A stretch of DNA of 64,000 nucleotides from positions 145,452,001-145,516,000 of the forward strand of contig OX597814.1 of assembly GCA_951406725.2 (NCBI GenBank), given 5' to 3'. Made by a program: the position numbers and the translations under genes. Each line of letters opens with the position of its first letter. Positions within the stretch are counted from its first letter, which is position 1. Of the stretch, positions 39,137 through 53,194 are shown piece by piece. This DNA comes from Octopus vulgaris (Eukaryota). The notes under the pieces are model-generated. The model saw nothing but the letters and a program-made list of their open reading frames with translations, did not search any database and was not told where the DNA came from.

Positions 39137-39137
<1 letters not shown>

Positions 39138-39385
39138 TATGTTTGACTTTTGCTTTATATTTGTACAAGTTGGCTCCAAGTCTCACCCAGAGACCTCAAG
39201 AGACAACAGGGCTGGAAGTTCATGTTGTTGTTATGCCTAGTGAGCCATATATTTGGGGGGGTGGGGGTGTTGTACTAATGAATGTCTAAAAAAAAGTTTG
39301 TTTTTTTTTAAACCGAAAATTATGTTTGTTTTAAACCTTGAGATTACATAGAAAGTATTTTGCGTAGGATATGAGCAGTTCCCAT
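39137..39385 (-). mobile_element. 5'-truncated R4/Dong-like element (last codons plus 3' UTR) between two (AAT)n tracts
   Basis: MGTAHILRKILSM* followed by about 200 bp of UTR; (ATT)n on both sides. Confidence 0.8.
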
Positions 39386-39399
39386 ATTATTATTATTAC

Positions 39400-39468
<69 letters not shown>

Positions 39469-39500
39469 CATTATCATCATTATCATCATCATCATCTTCA

Positions 39501-39547
<47 letters not shown>
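39386..39547. repeat. (ATT)n/(ATC)n microsatellite
   Basis: Directly visible. Confidence 0.95.
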
Positions 39548-39549
<2 letters not shown>

Positions 39550-39699
39550 ATTGACTGAGGATTGGTTTTATTCCTGGTAGAATGAATGTGGGTATAGGGA
39601 TTCTAAATGTAACCTTAAATATCCACATTATTTCAATAATCCTTCATATGCACAAAACTATTCTGTTGATTTCTCTTCTTCCTAAGAGGCAAAATTTAT

Positions 39700-40105
39700 T
39701 TTAAACCGCTACAGGACATTCCATTCAAAACTCCTTCAAGCGTTTGCCTATATCATTATTCACAGTCCCTAATGCACCAATTATTACAGGCAGAACCTTT
39801 AAAGGATTTTATATTCCAAATTCTCACAATCTCAAATTTCAAAGGATTGTTGTTTCATTTTTTAAAAACTCTTTCGTTTCCTTTCTTCACAAAACTGGAA
39901 TCAAACGGACATCATGCATCAATCAATAAGCAAATTCACTTTTCCTTGTCTATTATTGTTATATCTGGCTTATCATTTGTATCATATTATTCGTTTGAAT
40001 GGGAAAATCCTATAAAATCATGCATTTTCCTGCACAAGCAATGTCTTTACAAAGCTTCCAGTGCAAAACATTCACACTTTGGTCATATCACCACTTCTTA
40101 ATTTC
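39700..40105 (-). mobile_element. R4/Dong-like restriction-like endonuclease domain, decayed
   Basis: Manual translation VLHWKLCK...DFPIQT...KPDITIIDKEK*ICLLID...CPFD...LKFEIVRIWN...VLPVIIGALGTV fits the PD-(D/E)xK RLE pattern. Confidence 0.75.
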
Positions 40106-40172
40106 TCCCGAAACCAACTTATATATATATATATATCCAAAACAAACTCTGCCGTTCAATTTCATATCTATC

Positions 40173-40255
<83 letters not shown>

Positions 40256-40270
40256 ATATATATATATATA

Positions 40271-40462
40271 GGTGGAGAATTGAAAAAAACCCCAAAAAGT
40301 TAACGTTTCGAGCCTATGCTCTTCCACAGAAAGGAACACAGAAAGAAAACAAGGAGAGAAAATAAAGATTGTGCAGTGGCTGGCGATCTATGGCGAATGG
40401 CGGACAGAAGGGTCACACAGGAGAGTTAGGGAGAAGGGGAGATAATAAAGTAGTGGTGATCG
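40271..40462 (-). mobile_element. Possible Penelope/retrozyme-type relic with minimal hammerhead-like motif
   Basis: Minus strand CTTT CTGTGGA A GAGC ATAG GCTC GAAA CGT TA; abuts a (TA)n tract. Confidence 0.4.
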
Positions 40463-40677
40463 CTTTATAACCGATGTTGGTGTGTTCACGTCCCTGTAAA
40501 ATAGCGTTTCTGCAAAAGTACTAGGCTTACAAAGAATAAATCCTGGGGTCAATTTCGTCGGCTAAATTTGGTGCCCCAACATGGCCGCTATCAAATGACT
40601 GAAATAAATAAAAGGATAAAGGAATATGTACACACGCAGAGAAACAGACGCACATAATGCACACATGCATATATATA

Positions 40678-40722
<45 letters not shown>

Positions 40723-40729
40723 GTATACA

Positions 40730-40892
40730 ATAGGCTTCTTTCAGTTTCCGTCTACCAAATCCATTTGCAAGGCTTTGGTCGGCCCGAGGCTATTGTAGAA
40801 AACACCAGCCCAGGGTGCCACGCAGTGGGACTGAACTCGGAACCATGAGGCCGGTAAGCGAGCTACTTACCACACAGCGGTTCCTGCGCCTA
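40730..40892 (-). mobile_element. SINE family A head (a family A tail on + lies at ~40465-40620)
   Basis: GGCTTCTTTCAGTTTCCGTCTACCAAATCC...CCACGCAGTGGGACTGAAC...CCTGCGCC. Confidence 0.85.
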
Positions 40893-41402
40893 TATCTAAT
40901 CGTAAATGCACGTATGTTATTGACAATAATGAAAGTAAAATTATTTGAGCATCCAGAAATGTTTAGATTTATTTGATCAAAAATCATTTCCATGCTCTCT
41001 ATCCATGATTTCTATAGCGAAATGAGTGATCCAGTGTGAGGACTCGTGTAGCATTTATCTTATTTTGATAACCTTTAAAGGATATTACAAGTTTTCTTTT
41101 GTAACAAAAATTTTAAAATATAAATTTATATTTCCCATGTATATATTTTACTTTATGTTCAGGAAAATTGACTATATAATACGCACTAATTTCAACACCT
41201 TACTTGTAACTGATGAGAATAAAATCATGATTAATCCTAATCAGATTAAATTCGATGAGTATGATGAAAAGAATTATGATCGTGATAACAAAACGCAATG
41301 CCATAACTGGTCCCTAAGCTTCAATTCTTAATTGTATTGCTTTCGCTGCAGTTCCGTCAAATTTACTAAAGGAAAAATAAACAAAAAAGAAACGCCTAAC
41401 CG

Positions 41403-41525
41403 TCACACTCACTCATTCACTCACTCACTCTCTCACTCACTCACTCACTCACTCATTCACTCACTCACTCACTTACCCACTTACTCACTCTACCACTCGC
41501 TGAATCACTCACTCACTCACTCATA
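41403..41525. repeat. (TCAC)n microsatellite
   Basis: Directly visible. Confidence 0.9.
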
Positions 41526-41707
41526 CACAGGTAGCACAACACAGCACACACAAAACCTTTTCAGAAATAGCAGAAGAGTATGCCTTCATTTCTATTTTCA
41601 CACCATTTTCGTCCAAGATCTTGACCCATCTGCTTATCCTTTAAATTAATGACACTAAACTATATAAATTTACTAAAATTACTTTCTGAATTCATATCCC
41701 GTTAAAT

Positions 41708-42053
41708 CGGGTGTTCTCAATCATTTTTTTTCTTTCTCTTATGGACACCTTTGACCACTGTTTTATTTTGGTGGACCCCATAGCCTCTCCATGTTTAAAT
41801 ACTAGTTTTAAAGACACTTCTTTCAGATTTTCTATTTTGTTTTTCACACATTCATTTGTGTAGGTTGAACTATGTACAACATCAGAGAAAGAAACCTACA
41901 TGTTTCTTCCAATAAATGCGTTTGAATCAAAAGTTTTTCATTGACCCTTTATATGCAACTATGTACTCAATTTACGACTTTCTTGCGCGGACCCCACCCA
42001 AAAGTCTTATATGGTCAGCCAGTGGCCATATGAACCCCGGTTAAGAGCCACTG
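41708..42053. mobile_element. hAT (Charlie-like) MITE, decayed
   Basis: Termini CGGGTGTTCTCAA ... TTAAGAGCCACTG resemble CAGTGGTTCTCAA TIRs; repeated GGACCCC subterminal motifs; 8-bp flanks only partly alike. Confidence 0.5.
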
Positions 42054-45000
42054 TTTAAAATGAACTTTGCATTTCATACCTCTGACGTCGAAAACCAAGT
42101 ATCACTCGGGTATTCCAGTCGATTTAATCGATTATCCTAATTCAATAACTTTGTTAACGTGTGAATTTGTTAAATATCAATATCATTAAATGTGCCATTG
42201 TCTAATCATTTTAGAAACGCTGAATAGGGCAGGAGGTATTGGCTATTCTTCAAGCACATTTCTAATTTATTCTGAGATTATGATGACACTAGGACTGTGT
42301 CTTACAGTAATGACCTGCGTATATCTCACCAGAAATAAGACAGTATTTGATGGTACTGTGATTAATGGGAAAAAAGGGAAGTTATGATACAGTAATTAGA
42401 ATTTCTTGGCGAATGTGCAACGTATGTTGATATTATCCAACGGCATTTGCTAAAGGTATTTTCATTGTTATTTCAAGATTTGCAACGTCTCTTAGAAATG
42501 ATTCTAGGATTCCGTAATAATTATGTATGAAAACGTTTTGGAAAACATAGTAAGCACGATTCCCTTTCCTTTCACTTTCCTATCAAATGTGCAAAACACT
42601 AATATCTATGTGTGCGTGAGTGTATGTACATACGCATATAAATACACACAAATTCGCATACAGACACATATTCACAAACACGCACACACTTACATGCACA
42701 CTAGCACAGAGACAGATACACACACACTGACATACAGAGACAGACACACGCTTACACAGATTCGCACGAACATACTAACACAGGCACACACTCACCCACG
42801 TAGATATGTGTTTGTATGTGTGCATTACTACACAAACTATATCAAACCAAGGAATGAAGAATTAATGAAAACCACGATGTCCTCTGCTACTGCATGTTCA
42901 GTGACATGTAAATGACAATATGGAAAATGTATGTGCGCTTTTTTCTTTATATTCTATCAAGAAAAAAGAAGAACTCGTTAAATACATTAAAGTTGATATG
43001 GAACGAGCGAAAGAAACAGATAGTGCACTCACCTCCTTTTAAGAGAACGACAAAGAAAATCACGATCTTTATGAGGGCTAACATTATCCATATCAAATGA
43101 CCTGTGAAAGTAAAGCAAGTGCTTTCAATTGAGTCCAACGTTAGGCTAACATGATTGGCTGACATCTTCTCTGTAAAGATGCTAGCTATTAGTGACACAA
43201 CATGTATCACCTTGCTTGTGTCTTACTGACTGCTTCTTGAAGCGTGCACTTATTTTACCACTTTGTTGTATTTGCAAGACATAGGAAATGTAATATAATT
43301 TTAAGTACAAAAAATAGCACTCTAGTGAACCGCCATTGTTGGAGGAAGAATCTTCTGGGAAAGTTTCTGAATACTTATGCAGAGAAACCAACATATTTTA
43401 ATCCTACCTGCTTTTACATCAGCACTGCTCCAACACCCTGCCAATAACAATAACATCAACAACAACAATAGTAATGAAAAATATCTTAAAGATGATGATC
43501 ATTGTGAAAATATGAATATCTCTTAATCTTTGTTAATGGTATCATGCGTTAGAAAAACATAGTACTTTTTGAAAATAGCTAAGATTCTAATCCGAAATGA
43601 AAAAAAAAATGCTTAATATAAAAAAAATAATAATAAAATGTAAAACAAAACCAAAACAAAAAGAAACAGACTATTCATTGAAGATTTTGCTAAAAGATCT
43701 AAAAGAAATGAAAAACAAATAATAGTAGAAATAAGTGAAGAAATAAGCGAAATAAATAAATAGATTCTTTAAATCTGAAAGATAAAAGAAATATTCGACC
43801 AGAAGTATAGATTTACCGTTTTGTTCTATCTATATTTCGTTCTCATTCTTTTCTTTCTCTCCTTCTAAACGTATTCCTGTATGTGTATAAGTAGTCTTTT
43901 TAAAATTTCCTAACAAGCAAAAATTTTTTTTCCACGTAGAAATGTATAAACTCATGACTTCAATGTTATATTAAAGCTATCGCTGCTTTCAATAAGATTG
44001 CTGTTAACGGTAAGATATCATTAGATCAAAATAAGTATTTTTTTTTTCAAAAAAGTTGATTCACAAAAGAAAAAAAAATTAAAATATTCCACAGAGAACT
44101 AAAAACAAATAAATAAATATATGTATAAGATTTTCTTTAGAAACATCCCAGTAACTGTCCGTACAAATATAATACCTTATGTATATATATAGATGCATAC
44201 GAACACACAGATACACACGCATATCTATGTATGCATAAATGTATAGGGTTGAGTAAAATTTAGCAGTGATGAAAAATAAATATGTTTACTTAATTTTAGT
44301 TATACAAAAAGGGACAAATGTAACATGCAAATGTCATATTCTGTGATAGTTAAATTTGCAAGTATGGTTCAATATTCAGTTAAACCACTTCGTTCAACTG
44401 AGTAATTTTTATCAACGAACATCAACATTATAATAATCTCTGTAATGAACAATTGGAAGTCTACTGTTATAAAACTTGCTCTCGAAAACATTATTTGATG
44501 ATTGTAGCCTAGTAATCAATTAAGGAGTGAAAGCAGCATTGCGTCAGACGCGTGAATCACAAGAATAAAAAAATTGAAATTTATGAAACGTAAATTTTTC
44601 ATCGAATAATCGTACAATGATAAGCTGGGAATATATACAATCAGTTAGAAACCACTAAGGGAATCTGTATCTTATGTGTTCTCCATATGTAGAAAAAATA
44701 ACAACTACATCTCCTATGAATCAAACATCTATGAAGTTTAGCAAGGGAGGATACACTACATAATGTATTCGCAATCCCCTTAAAAATAAAATACTGGATG
44801 GTTTTAGCACAGTTTGGTCAAATGTTTGATTAATCAATGTTGACATTTGACCTAGAGTTAAAAAATAACAAAAGAAAAAAAGACAATAAAGTTAGCAACG
44901 GCAACAACAATTTTAAGAAATGCGATAACATATAATTCAATAAAAGCTGTTTTAAGGAAAATCATTGGATAGATTGAGCATGAAACATAATCCTATGTGT

Positions 45001-46518
45001 GATGGAGACTAAACTTCTTGGAATGTGTTTATTTATTTATTATGTTTTTTTTGTTGATTCTTTAAATGGACATATTCACTTCTGTAACATATAAAACAGA
45101 ATGGAAAAAAAACACAGCATAAAAATAGGAATAAATAAATAAATGTGAACGAACGAAAAGAAAACTAAATCAAGTAATACAGATAGAATACAGTAAAGAA
45201 ACCCAAATGAAAATAAGTAGGAAGATTAACAGCTTGTAGAGTTTTCTTTATTAAGAATGCAAGCAATCGATAAAATGACGGGAGGAAACGAATAAAATGT
45301 TGCTTTCTTCTATTAATAAAGAAATCATCATCATCGTCAATATCAGTATTATTGTCAACATTATCATCATTTGTAGCAGTAGCCGCAGCAGTATCATTAT
45401 GATTATTATTATTATTGTTTAGTTTTATTGGATAGCAGGATTTTTCTCCAATTGTTATAAGTGCTATTCTCTCTCTCTCTCTCTTTTTTTCGTTCTTGTT
45501 TCTTTCTTACATTTCATTCGTACCAGCCACTGAAATTTTTCGGCTGTCAAATTCTGCTTGACATCTCAATCTTGTTAGGAAGGAACCTGTAGCAAAAATA
45601 ACGTGTAAGTAAACATTAGTAAAATGAAATGTATGTTGCTTTTTAGCACTCCGTCTTCCCCCTTTGCAGAGACACAACGGAATTATTGATGAAAATATGC
45701 TGTTAACCCCTACCAAAGTAACACACCTAACAAATAAAAAAACAGAAAAACTTGAAAAACAAATACAAAATGTAAAGAAAATCTGGAGTGGAGGTAGATA
45801 GAATATTTTAACCAAATCAACGTTCTTTTTTTATGTAATAGAGACATAAAATACATTTCGTGAAATTTGCATAAGAAAATAATGCAAGGATACTAAACTA
45901 TGAAAGTTGTTTCCATAATGAAAATGAGAAAAAATTCTAGTAATATTTTGAAAGCAATATTTTTGTAGTAAGATTGATGTAAATGTTTGCCTTCTGAATT
46001 TAAACTTTGAATATTTGTTCGTGAAATGACATTTTTTTTTTTGTTTTTTTGTAATGCAACATTGTAACTTTGAGTGAGTCATTCCAGTGCTCTCTCTATA
46101 TCTCTCTCCCATTCTCTAACTTTTTATGTCTATTTGTCTGGCGGCCTTTATCTATCTATCTGTCAGTCTGTCAGTCTTCTTATCTGCTTGTCTGTCTGCA
46201 TGTATGTATATCTGTGTCTGTATCTGTATATGTATGTACATAAAATGGGTCAACATATATACAATTTGCCTGAGTTGCTAAGAGTTATTACTAAGCCACT
46301 GATTGCTTAATTGAAAACTGATTTGATACTGTGTTCGATCAATGCATGATTGTAGATGTAGTTACAAGGATTACTAGACAATAAATTATAACGTCTTTCT
46401 AATCTTGCTTAATACATAAATATTATAATAAACATAATATATACATACATAACCCGATGGATCCATCTGATCTAAAACGATCAATCTGCATTCCATAGTT
46501 GTACAACAGATATACTCC

Positions 46519-46923
46519 CTTTTACTCTTTTACTTGTTTCAGTCATTTGACTGTGGCTAAGCTGGAGTACGCCTTTAGTCGACCAAATCGACCAAGGACT
46601 TATTCTTTGTAAGCCTATTACTTATTCTGTCGGTCTCTTTTACCGAACCGCTAAGTTATGGTGACGTAAACACATCATCATCGGTTGTCAAGCGATGTTG
46701 GGGGGACAAACACAGACACACAAACGTATACACACACATACACATATATATACATATATACGACGGGCTTCTTTCAGTTTCCGTCTACCAAATTCACTCA
46801 CAAGGCTTTGGTCGTCCCGAGGCTATAGTAGAAGACACTTGACCAAAGTGCCTCATAGTGGGACTGAACCTGGAACCATGTGGTTCGTAAACAAGCTACT
46901 TACCACACAGCCACTCGTATGCC
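46519..46923 (-). mobile_element. SINE family A, full length
   Basis: Head, CORE-like domain, short internal microsatellite and (CTTTTA)n tail all present. Confidence 0.9.
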
Positions 46924-48744
46924 TATGTTTTTTTTTTTACATAAAACTTGTCAAAACAGAAAAGACAACGCCAATTGTTTATGTTTTTCCCAAGGCCTAT
47001 AGTACGGGTATAAAGAAGGAAGAAAATCATCGGCTAAAGGCACATAAATTCCAATTTGTTGGTGTTAAACCGAGTAACAATTTCAGCCTTCGCGAACCTT
47101 CTACCGTGTTTCCGTCTATCAGCTATCATTTACACGGTTACAGCAGGCCCGAAGACAAAGCGGACTATATTTGCCAAAATACCATCAAATGGTTTGAACT
47201 TGTAACTGCATAGTTGGAGGAAACTTCTCAGTCAAGCAGCCATGTCTGTTGAATATTTATCCATATTTACATATATTGAAAATATATAGGTGAACATAGA
47301 TGGATGTGATGATAAGCAAAAACTAAAAACCATAATCGAGAACACGAGTAAAAAGGAAAGATCTAAGGCAATCAATGAATGTAACTTGCTATTCGTGCAG
47401 AAACAAAGAAACTAGTTTATATAAAAGCAAAAGATAAAGCATACAAAAGCCTGTGAATATATTAATATGTAAAAAAAATTTGAACATAGAAAAGATTTTG
47501 GCAAATACATTCGATTTTCTCTATTGCTCCAATAACCTTAATAGATAACTAGCTAACGATCGAACAATTGAACAAACAATGGGAATACTACGCAGCCAGC
47601 TGCTCTGCAAGAAATCACAGCCAAATGTCTATGGAATTATGCTCTATTGTCTTGAAATAAAATAAAATAAAATAAACATTAAAAAACATGGTTTTACAGG
47701 TGTGATGGTCACGGATCAGATATTTCTGATCATAGATCTGCTCGATAAACTTTCTCAAGGGGTTAAGCAATAAAAGTGGAACAACAGCACCAAAAAATTA
47801 TAATTTCAGTATTTATATTATTTTTATTGCAGATATAACTACTATTCTTCTGAGGAAGAAGGGTAGCATTCATAACTATTTGGGGGTTTATGACTCCAGA
47901 TGGGGAAAACGGGAAAAAAATAAAGCAAAAAATAAAGTTCATCCTTTGACAGAATATTTGAGCAACATAGTCTCTGCAGGAAAAAACAAACAAACAGGAA
48001 AATAAAACAAAAATACACAACATCGGATAGTGTCGATAAATGAGAGCAAATAGTTAAGTCTGTCGTTGACGTTCACAGCCCATCCGATGGCTAGCCACTA
48101 TAGAACTTCGTTTGTGTAAATAGGTACCCGATTCTGTGATAAAAATCACTCGTCTAATTAATAAGATTTCTTCGGAAGCGTACGACTGCTCAGCGATTTT
48201 CTAAACAGTCATATTTCTGTTTATGTATCGGTAGTTTGACGACAGAAACATAAGAGTGTTTGCCTTTTTTTAGAGTAGAGAGATACATCTAGTAGAGAGA
48301 ATTAATAGGTACTTTTTATGAATTACTTCGAAAAGAAACGGTTGTTCCCTTAAAATATGCAGAGCTTCACAGAGGTCTGAGGTTGACGTGATTGGTTGAT
48401 ACGTAAATCACTGTAATTAGATGCCTCGAGAGAAAAATAATTATCTATACATCTAGATTGTTGCTCATACAAAAACATAGTTAAACAATCGTGAAAATAA
48501 AATTGCATATGGACGCTTCATAAACTTTAACTTGTATTTAGCAATGGCTGTCTCATTACATGTCTGACAGTCAGAATCATATGGAATGGTTTAAATAAGC
48601 AGAAAAAATGTTACACAGGATATTTTTCTTCAAAATCACCGTTTTCAGGTTTCTCGCCAATGTTTACATACATGCGTGGGCATGTAAGTACGTTTACAAA
48701 ATATAGCTTGTTTACATTATTTAAGTAGAAATTTATTCATAAAA

Positions 48745-50190
48745 AAAATGTTACAGCAATATTGCGCAATTTCTTTTTTACTTCAATAGAAGAGCCATCA
48801 AATCATAACAGCTCTGATTATTTCTTACACCAACGCTGTATTACCGTTACAGATCTTTTAATTTTCACGCTCTGTTCAAAACTTGGAATGTTTTCTTTAA
48901 GAGCTGTAAAAAAACGATTTTTAGATAAAATCTCTGATGTCAAAACCGTTTGTGGAGGAGTTTCCTTTTCGATATTTGAACTAGGAACTTGTAATTCTGC
49001 TAACTTCGTAAGGTCATCACAGGTTGGAATTTCGTTATTATCATGCAATAAATCCTAAAAATCATCTGTATGAACTTCTTTCAATCTCATATCCTTCACC
49101 ACTTGTACAAAGCTATGAGTGACAAGGAATGTTTCATCTTCCATTCGATGAACTTCTTTCACTCTGAAGATAATATTTTCCAGCCGTCAATGAAAGACGT
49201 TGAGCTTCTTCCTACGCATCTTACATGTTTTGCTTTTAAAGCTTGCATAATGTAATTTTCCCTCAGTATTCTTAGAAGGACAGATGTTTATCATCAGCCC
49301 CTGAAATCAAAGATAATTTGTATTCATTTCAGAAATAAACTATTTAATTCATAGTAGAAGAGATCTATGTGGTGCAGCGAAAGCGATATTTGTGAGCGTG
49401 GGTTTTAGAGTGAAAGGTTTTTTGAAAGTGGATTATTTTGAGCTCAAAATTACTCTTCTCACTTTAACGCTAACATCCTGATAGAACTATTCAGCCAATC
49501 ATTCGGTAAATATATCTTGTTCAATTCAAGTTATTATTTTTTCTGTTAGCGGGAGACATGATTTGGAGACACTTTATATTGCTGTTGGAGTATGTACAAT
49601 GATAATCAAATAATGGTTGATTTTCGGGATGTTTGCTCCCAACAAGTATGTAAGGCTGGTAAACTTCTCCGCATTTATGAAATAATTTAGGTGGATAACA
49701 CTTTCCAGAAAAAAATCCAAGTGCGCTAGAAATGCAAATGCAACCCTAAATGAAAGCATTTAATCATTTTGCAGTTACCCAAATGCTATGGCGGTTAAAG
49801 TGTTTCTCAGACTTTTCTAACAATGCATCATAACCATCAATCTGACTTCTCTATCATCTCGTTTAAGCCGTAAAATTAATTTAGTTCTTTTTGTTGAATA
49901 ATGTCTTGAGAGAGTGGATAGTGAGGATGTGATTTATCATCCATCGAAATGTATATTTTCTCAATATTTTTCATGATTTTATTTGTCCATCATTACGCTA
50001 ACCTGAATTTTGCCCCATAATTTTTCTTTTGTTAGACTGAGACATATTAAGTTTTTTCGCACGTTAATCGTACATAATTTAACGATTCCACAATCCGCCG
50101 CCTGGTTTAAGACGATTATTTTGGAGAACTTTAAACGAAACTCATTTATTGCAAATTCGGGTCGGACTTCCGGTTTCCGGGTCATGTTTT
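48745..50190 (-). mobile_element. Tigger/pogo-like (CENP-B type) transposase, heavily decayed
   Basis: Colinear frameshifted motifs: NIEK...PLSQDIIQQK (HTH), LTYLLGAN...SKSCLP, QALKAKH, GWKIL, EVHTDDF*DLLHDNNEIPTCDDLTKL, KKKLRNIAVTFF. TIRs not identified. Confidence 0.65.
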
Positions 50191-50516
50191 TGTTTCAATT
50201 CTCATAGATCATGGGATTTATATAACTAATAAAATCTTTTTTTCCGTGTTTCATGTAATTCGTGCAGTAAAACCATGTAGATTTCCCTGTTTCACATATG
50301 CACGGCATGATAATCTTTGGTTTGTATTTATTTTCAATAAAGCTTCCAAAGAAAATTGTTTTTAATTTTTTTTTTTTTTGTGAGAAGAATTTTCGAAAAT
50401 ATAGCACAATATAACACACTGCAAACAACAAAATTACATTGTCTAGTTGTAATAAAAGTCTCTGAAGAGTTCCAAACATACACATTGAAAGCATGACAAA
50501 CGAGATTAACGAAGGT

Positions 50517-50935
50517 AGGTGGCAAGATGGCAGAATCGTTTGCACGCCGGGCAAAATGCTTAGTGGTATTTTGTCTGCCGCTACGTTTTGAGTTCAAATT
50601 CCGCCGAGGTCGACTTTGCCTTTCATCCTTTCGGGGTCGATTAAATAAGTACAAGTTACGCACTGGGGTCGATATAATCGACTTAATCCGTTTGTCTGTC
50701 CTTGTTTATCCTCTCTGTGTTTAGCCTCTTGTGGGTAGTAAAGAAATAGAAATAGGTATTTCGTCGGCCGTTACGTTCTGAGTTCAAATTCTGCCGAGGT
50801 CGATTTTGCCTTTCATCTTTTCGAGGTCGATTAAATAAGTACCAATTACTGAGGTCGATGTAATCGACTGAAACCCTTTGTCAGTCCTTGTTTGTCCCCT
50901 CTATGTTTAGCCCCCTGTGGGCAATAAAGAAATAA
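50517..50935 (+). mobile_element. SINE family B dimer
   Basis: One head and two body units. Confidence 0.88.
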
Positions 50936-52475
50936 ACAAAAATATTATATTAATAGTAAACTACAAGCTAAGAATTAAAACAGAGATACGACACATATGA
51001 AGTAAAACTAGAAATTTATCACGAGTTAAAAGCCAAACAAAGCAAGTTAAAACCTGGCAAAAGTAATTCTAGTCAATAACATTATTTCTACGATGTTTTG
51101 AATCTAAAGCAAATCACAAGGTGAAAAACCTGTGCAGAGATTTCTCTTACAAAGAATTAAAAACAAAACAAATAAATAACGAGAATGGAGTAACTCGACC
51201 ACAGTTGTATCTTCAAAGCTATATGTCTGAAAGTAAAGATACTTCCGTCCGTATTTGAACAAATACTACACACACGCACGCACACATGCATACACACACA
51301 CATGCATATGTATGTATGTATGTATGTATCTTTGTATATGTGTGTGTGTATAATTCGATTTTACCACCGGAACTCGAAGTAGATAAAGCTATGAAAAATA
51401 GTGCATAAATATTTGTTTAAAACCCTCTTTGTATAGAAAAGAGCAAAAGCTGGCCATGGGAATCTTCTGTCAACATGACAAACGCTATACACACACACAC
51501 ACACACACACACTTGCATACACATTCATGCGTATGTCCACATTTCTCTCTATTTCAAAAGCTGTTACTCTTTGTATATATATTCCCTATTGTGTGTGTGT
51601 ACATGTATGCACTCTCTCTCTTTTACACACGCACGCACGCCCGCGCACAGAGGCATATACACTAACATGCATCTACATATATGTATATGTATATATATAT
51701 ATATATGCGTGTTTTATGTGTATATGCATGTTTATATTTATGTATGGATCTATTTATTGTCCGACTGCGTATTGATTGTTTATTTGTCTATTTATTTCAT
51801 CCATGTTGAGTCAGTTTATGCTGTTTCCCCGCACACAAAACTACATTCTCACTTGTCAATTAACTTCTATTCTGTCAAATCCTTATCTCTCGTCTGTATT
51901 ATTCATATACAAAAATATCGCAGCCTGCATTCCACACGGATATTATCTACTTTCCTCGCCGACACCGCAACCCTTCGAATAAATTGTAGGAGGGGCAAAA
52001 CGATCTTGCTATTGTTTAACCTCCGAAACAAGTTTATGGATGGGCTGTTGTAATCGTAATTTAGCCAGTGAATGACTCAGCGGGCAGGCTTAAGTGCCCG
52101 ATGTGAAGGGTTAGAGATTGGGTCAAATAAGTGTCTATTGTTTTGGTGATAGGAGTACAATCAATGTTGGTGGTAATGGGGGAAGAGTATTTTTCTGTCG
52201 ATGGGTACAGGGCGTAATAAAATTCGAGCAATATTTTGCTCTGCTTTGCTTTCCTCATGACAGCGCGCTTTGGGCCGACCTATTATTAAGGTTTTCCCAA
52301 CCGTGACCTTTTCGTCTTTTGTTTTCTAGTTATACTACATCTATGGCTAAATAGTAATTTCCATCAAGAGCATCACAATAACAAAAAAAAAAAAAACAAA
52401 AAAAAGGAAAACTTCGAGAGCGGAATATTCGAATACATCAGCTTCATTACTTTAATGATATTTCATTTTATCCAG

Positions 52476-52709
52476 AAGGCGGCGAGATGGCACAAGCGTT
52501 AGCACGCCGGGCGAAAATGCCTAGCGGTATTTCGTCTGCCGTTACGTTCTGAGTTCAAATTCCGCCGAGGTCGACTTTGCCTTTCATACTTTCGGAGTCG
52601 ATTAAATAACTACCAGTTACGCATTGGAGTCGACATAATCGACTTAATCCGTTTGTCTGTTCTTGTTCGCCCCCTCTGTGTTTATCTCCTTGTGGGTAGT
52701 AAAGAAATA
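52476..52709 (+). mobile_element. SINE family B monomer with 19-bp TSD
   Basis: TSD GATATTTCATTTTATCCAG at 52457-52475 and 52710-52728; it appears to interrupt an older minus-strand B-like copy. Confidence 0.92.
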
Positions 52710-53194
52710 GATATTTCATTTTATCCAGCGCGAAAGAATGGTAAGTAATGTTGGATTCGTCGAAGTTTGAACGCAGAATATAAGGCATCGGAAAAAATAT
52801 GGCGAAGTATTTCGTCCGATGCTCTAACAGTTCTGCCATCCGCTTTCAAGTGGGTAAAGTGTGCCGTCAAAGCGAATTGGCTGCCGTTTCTAGTTGGCTA
52901 TGCGATTGGATAGAGGTTATTGTTATTGTTGTTTAACTGCCAGTCAGTCCAAATCGAACAAACCTGTGGTCGAATATTTTAATCATGACCGACCTGCTTA
53001 TTTTTCAGTCTATCTGAGTCTATCTAGTAAAATCGTAAGATATAATGTAACGGACGTTTAGCTGCTATACATTGCAGATTGAACAACCCAATCCCATAGA
53101 GGGATTTATTTGTGCAGTTATTGTGTTACTGTTGTGGTTCTAGGTCTGTCTGCATGAAGCAGTCTAATATCTCTCAAGTAGTTAACTAAAACTA

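Noticed and set aside
48818-49320. Possible spliced host exon (TTTCAG acceptor, ORF 48818..49048)
   Set aside because: Stops in all frames, and motifs match a decayed Tigger/pogo transposase.
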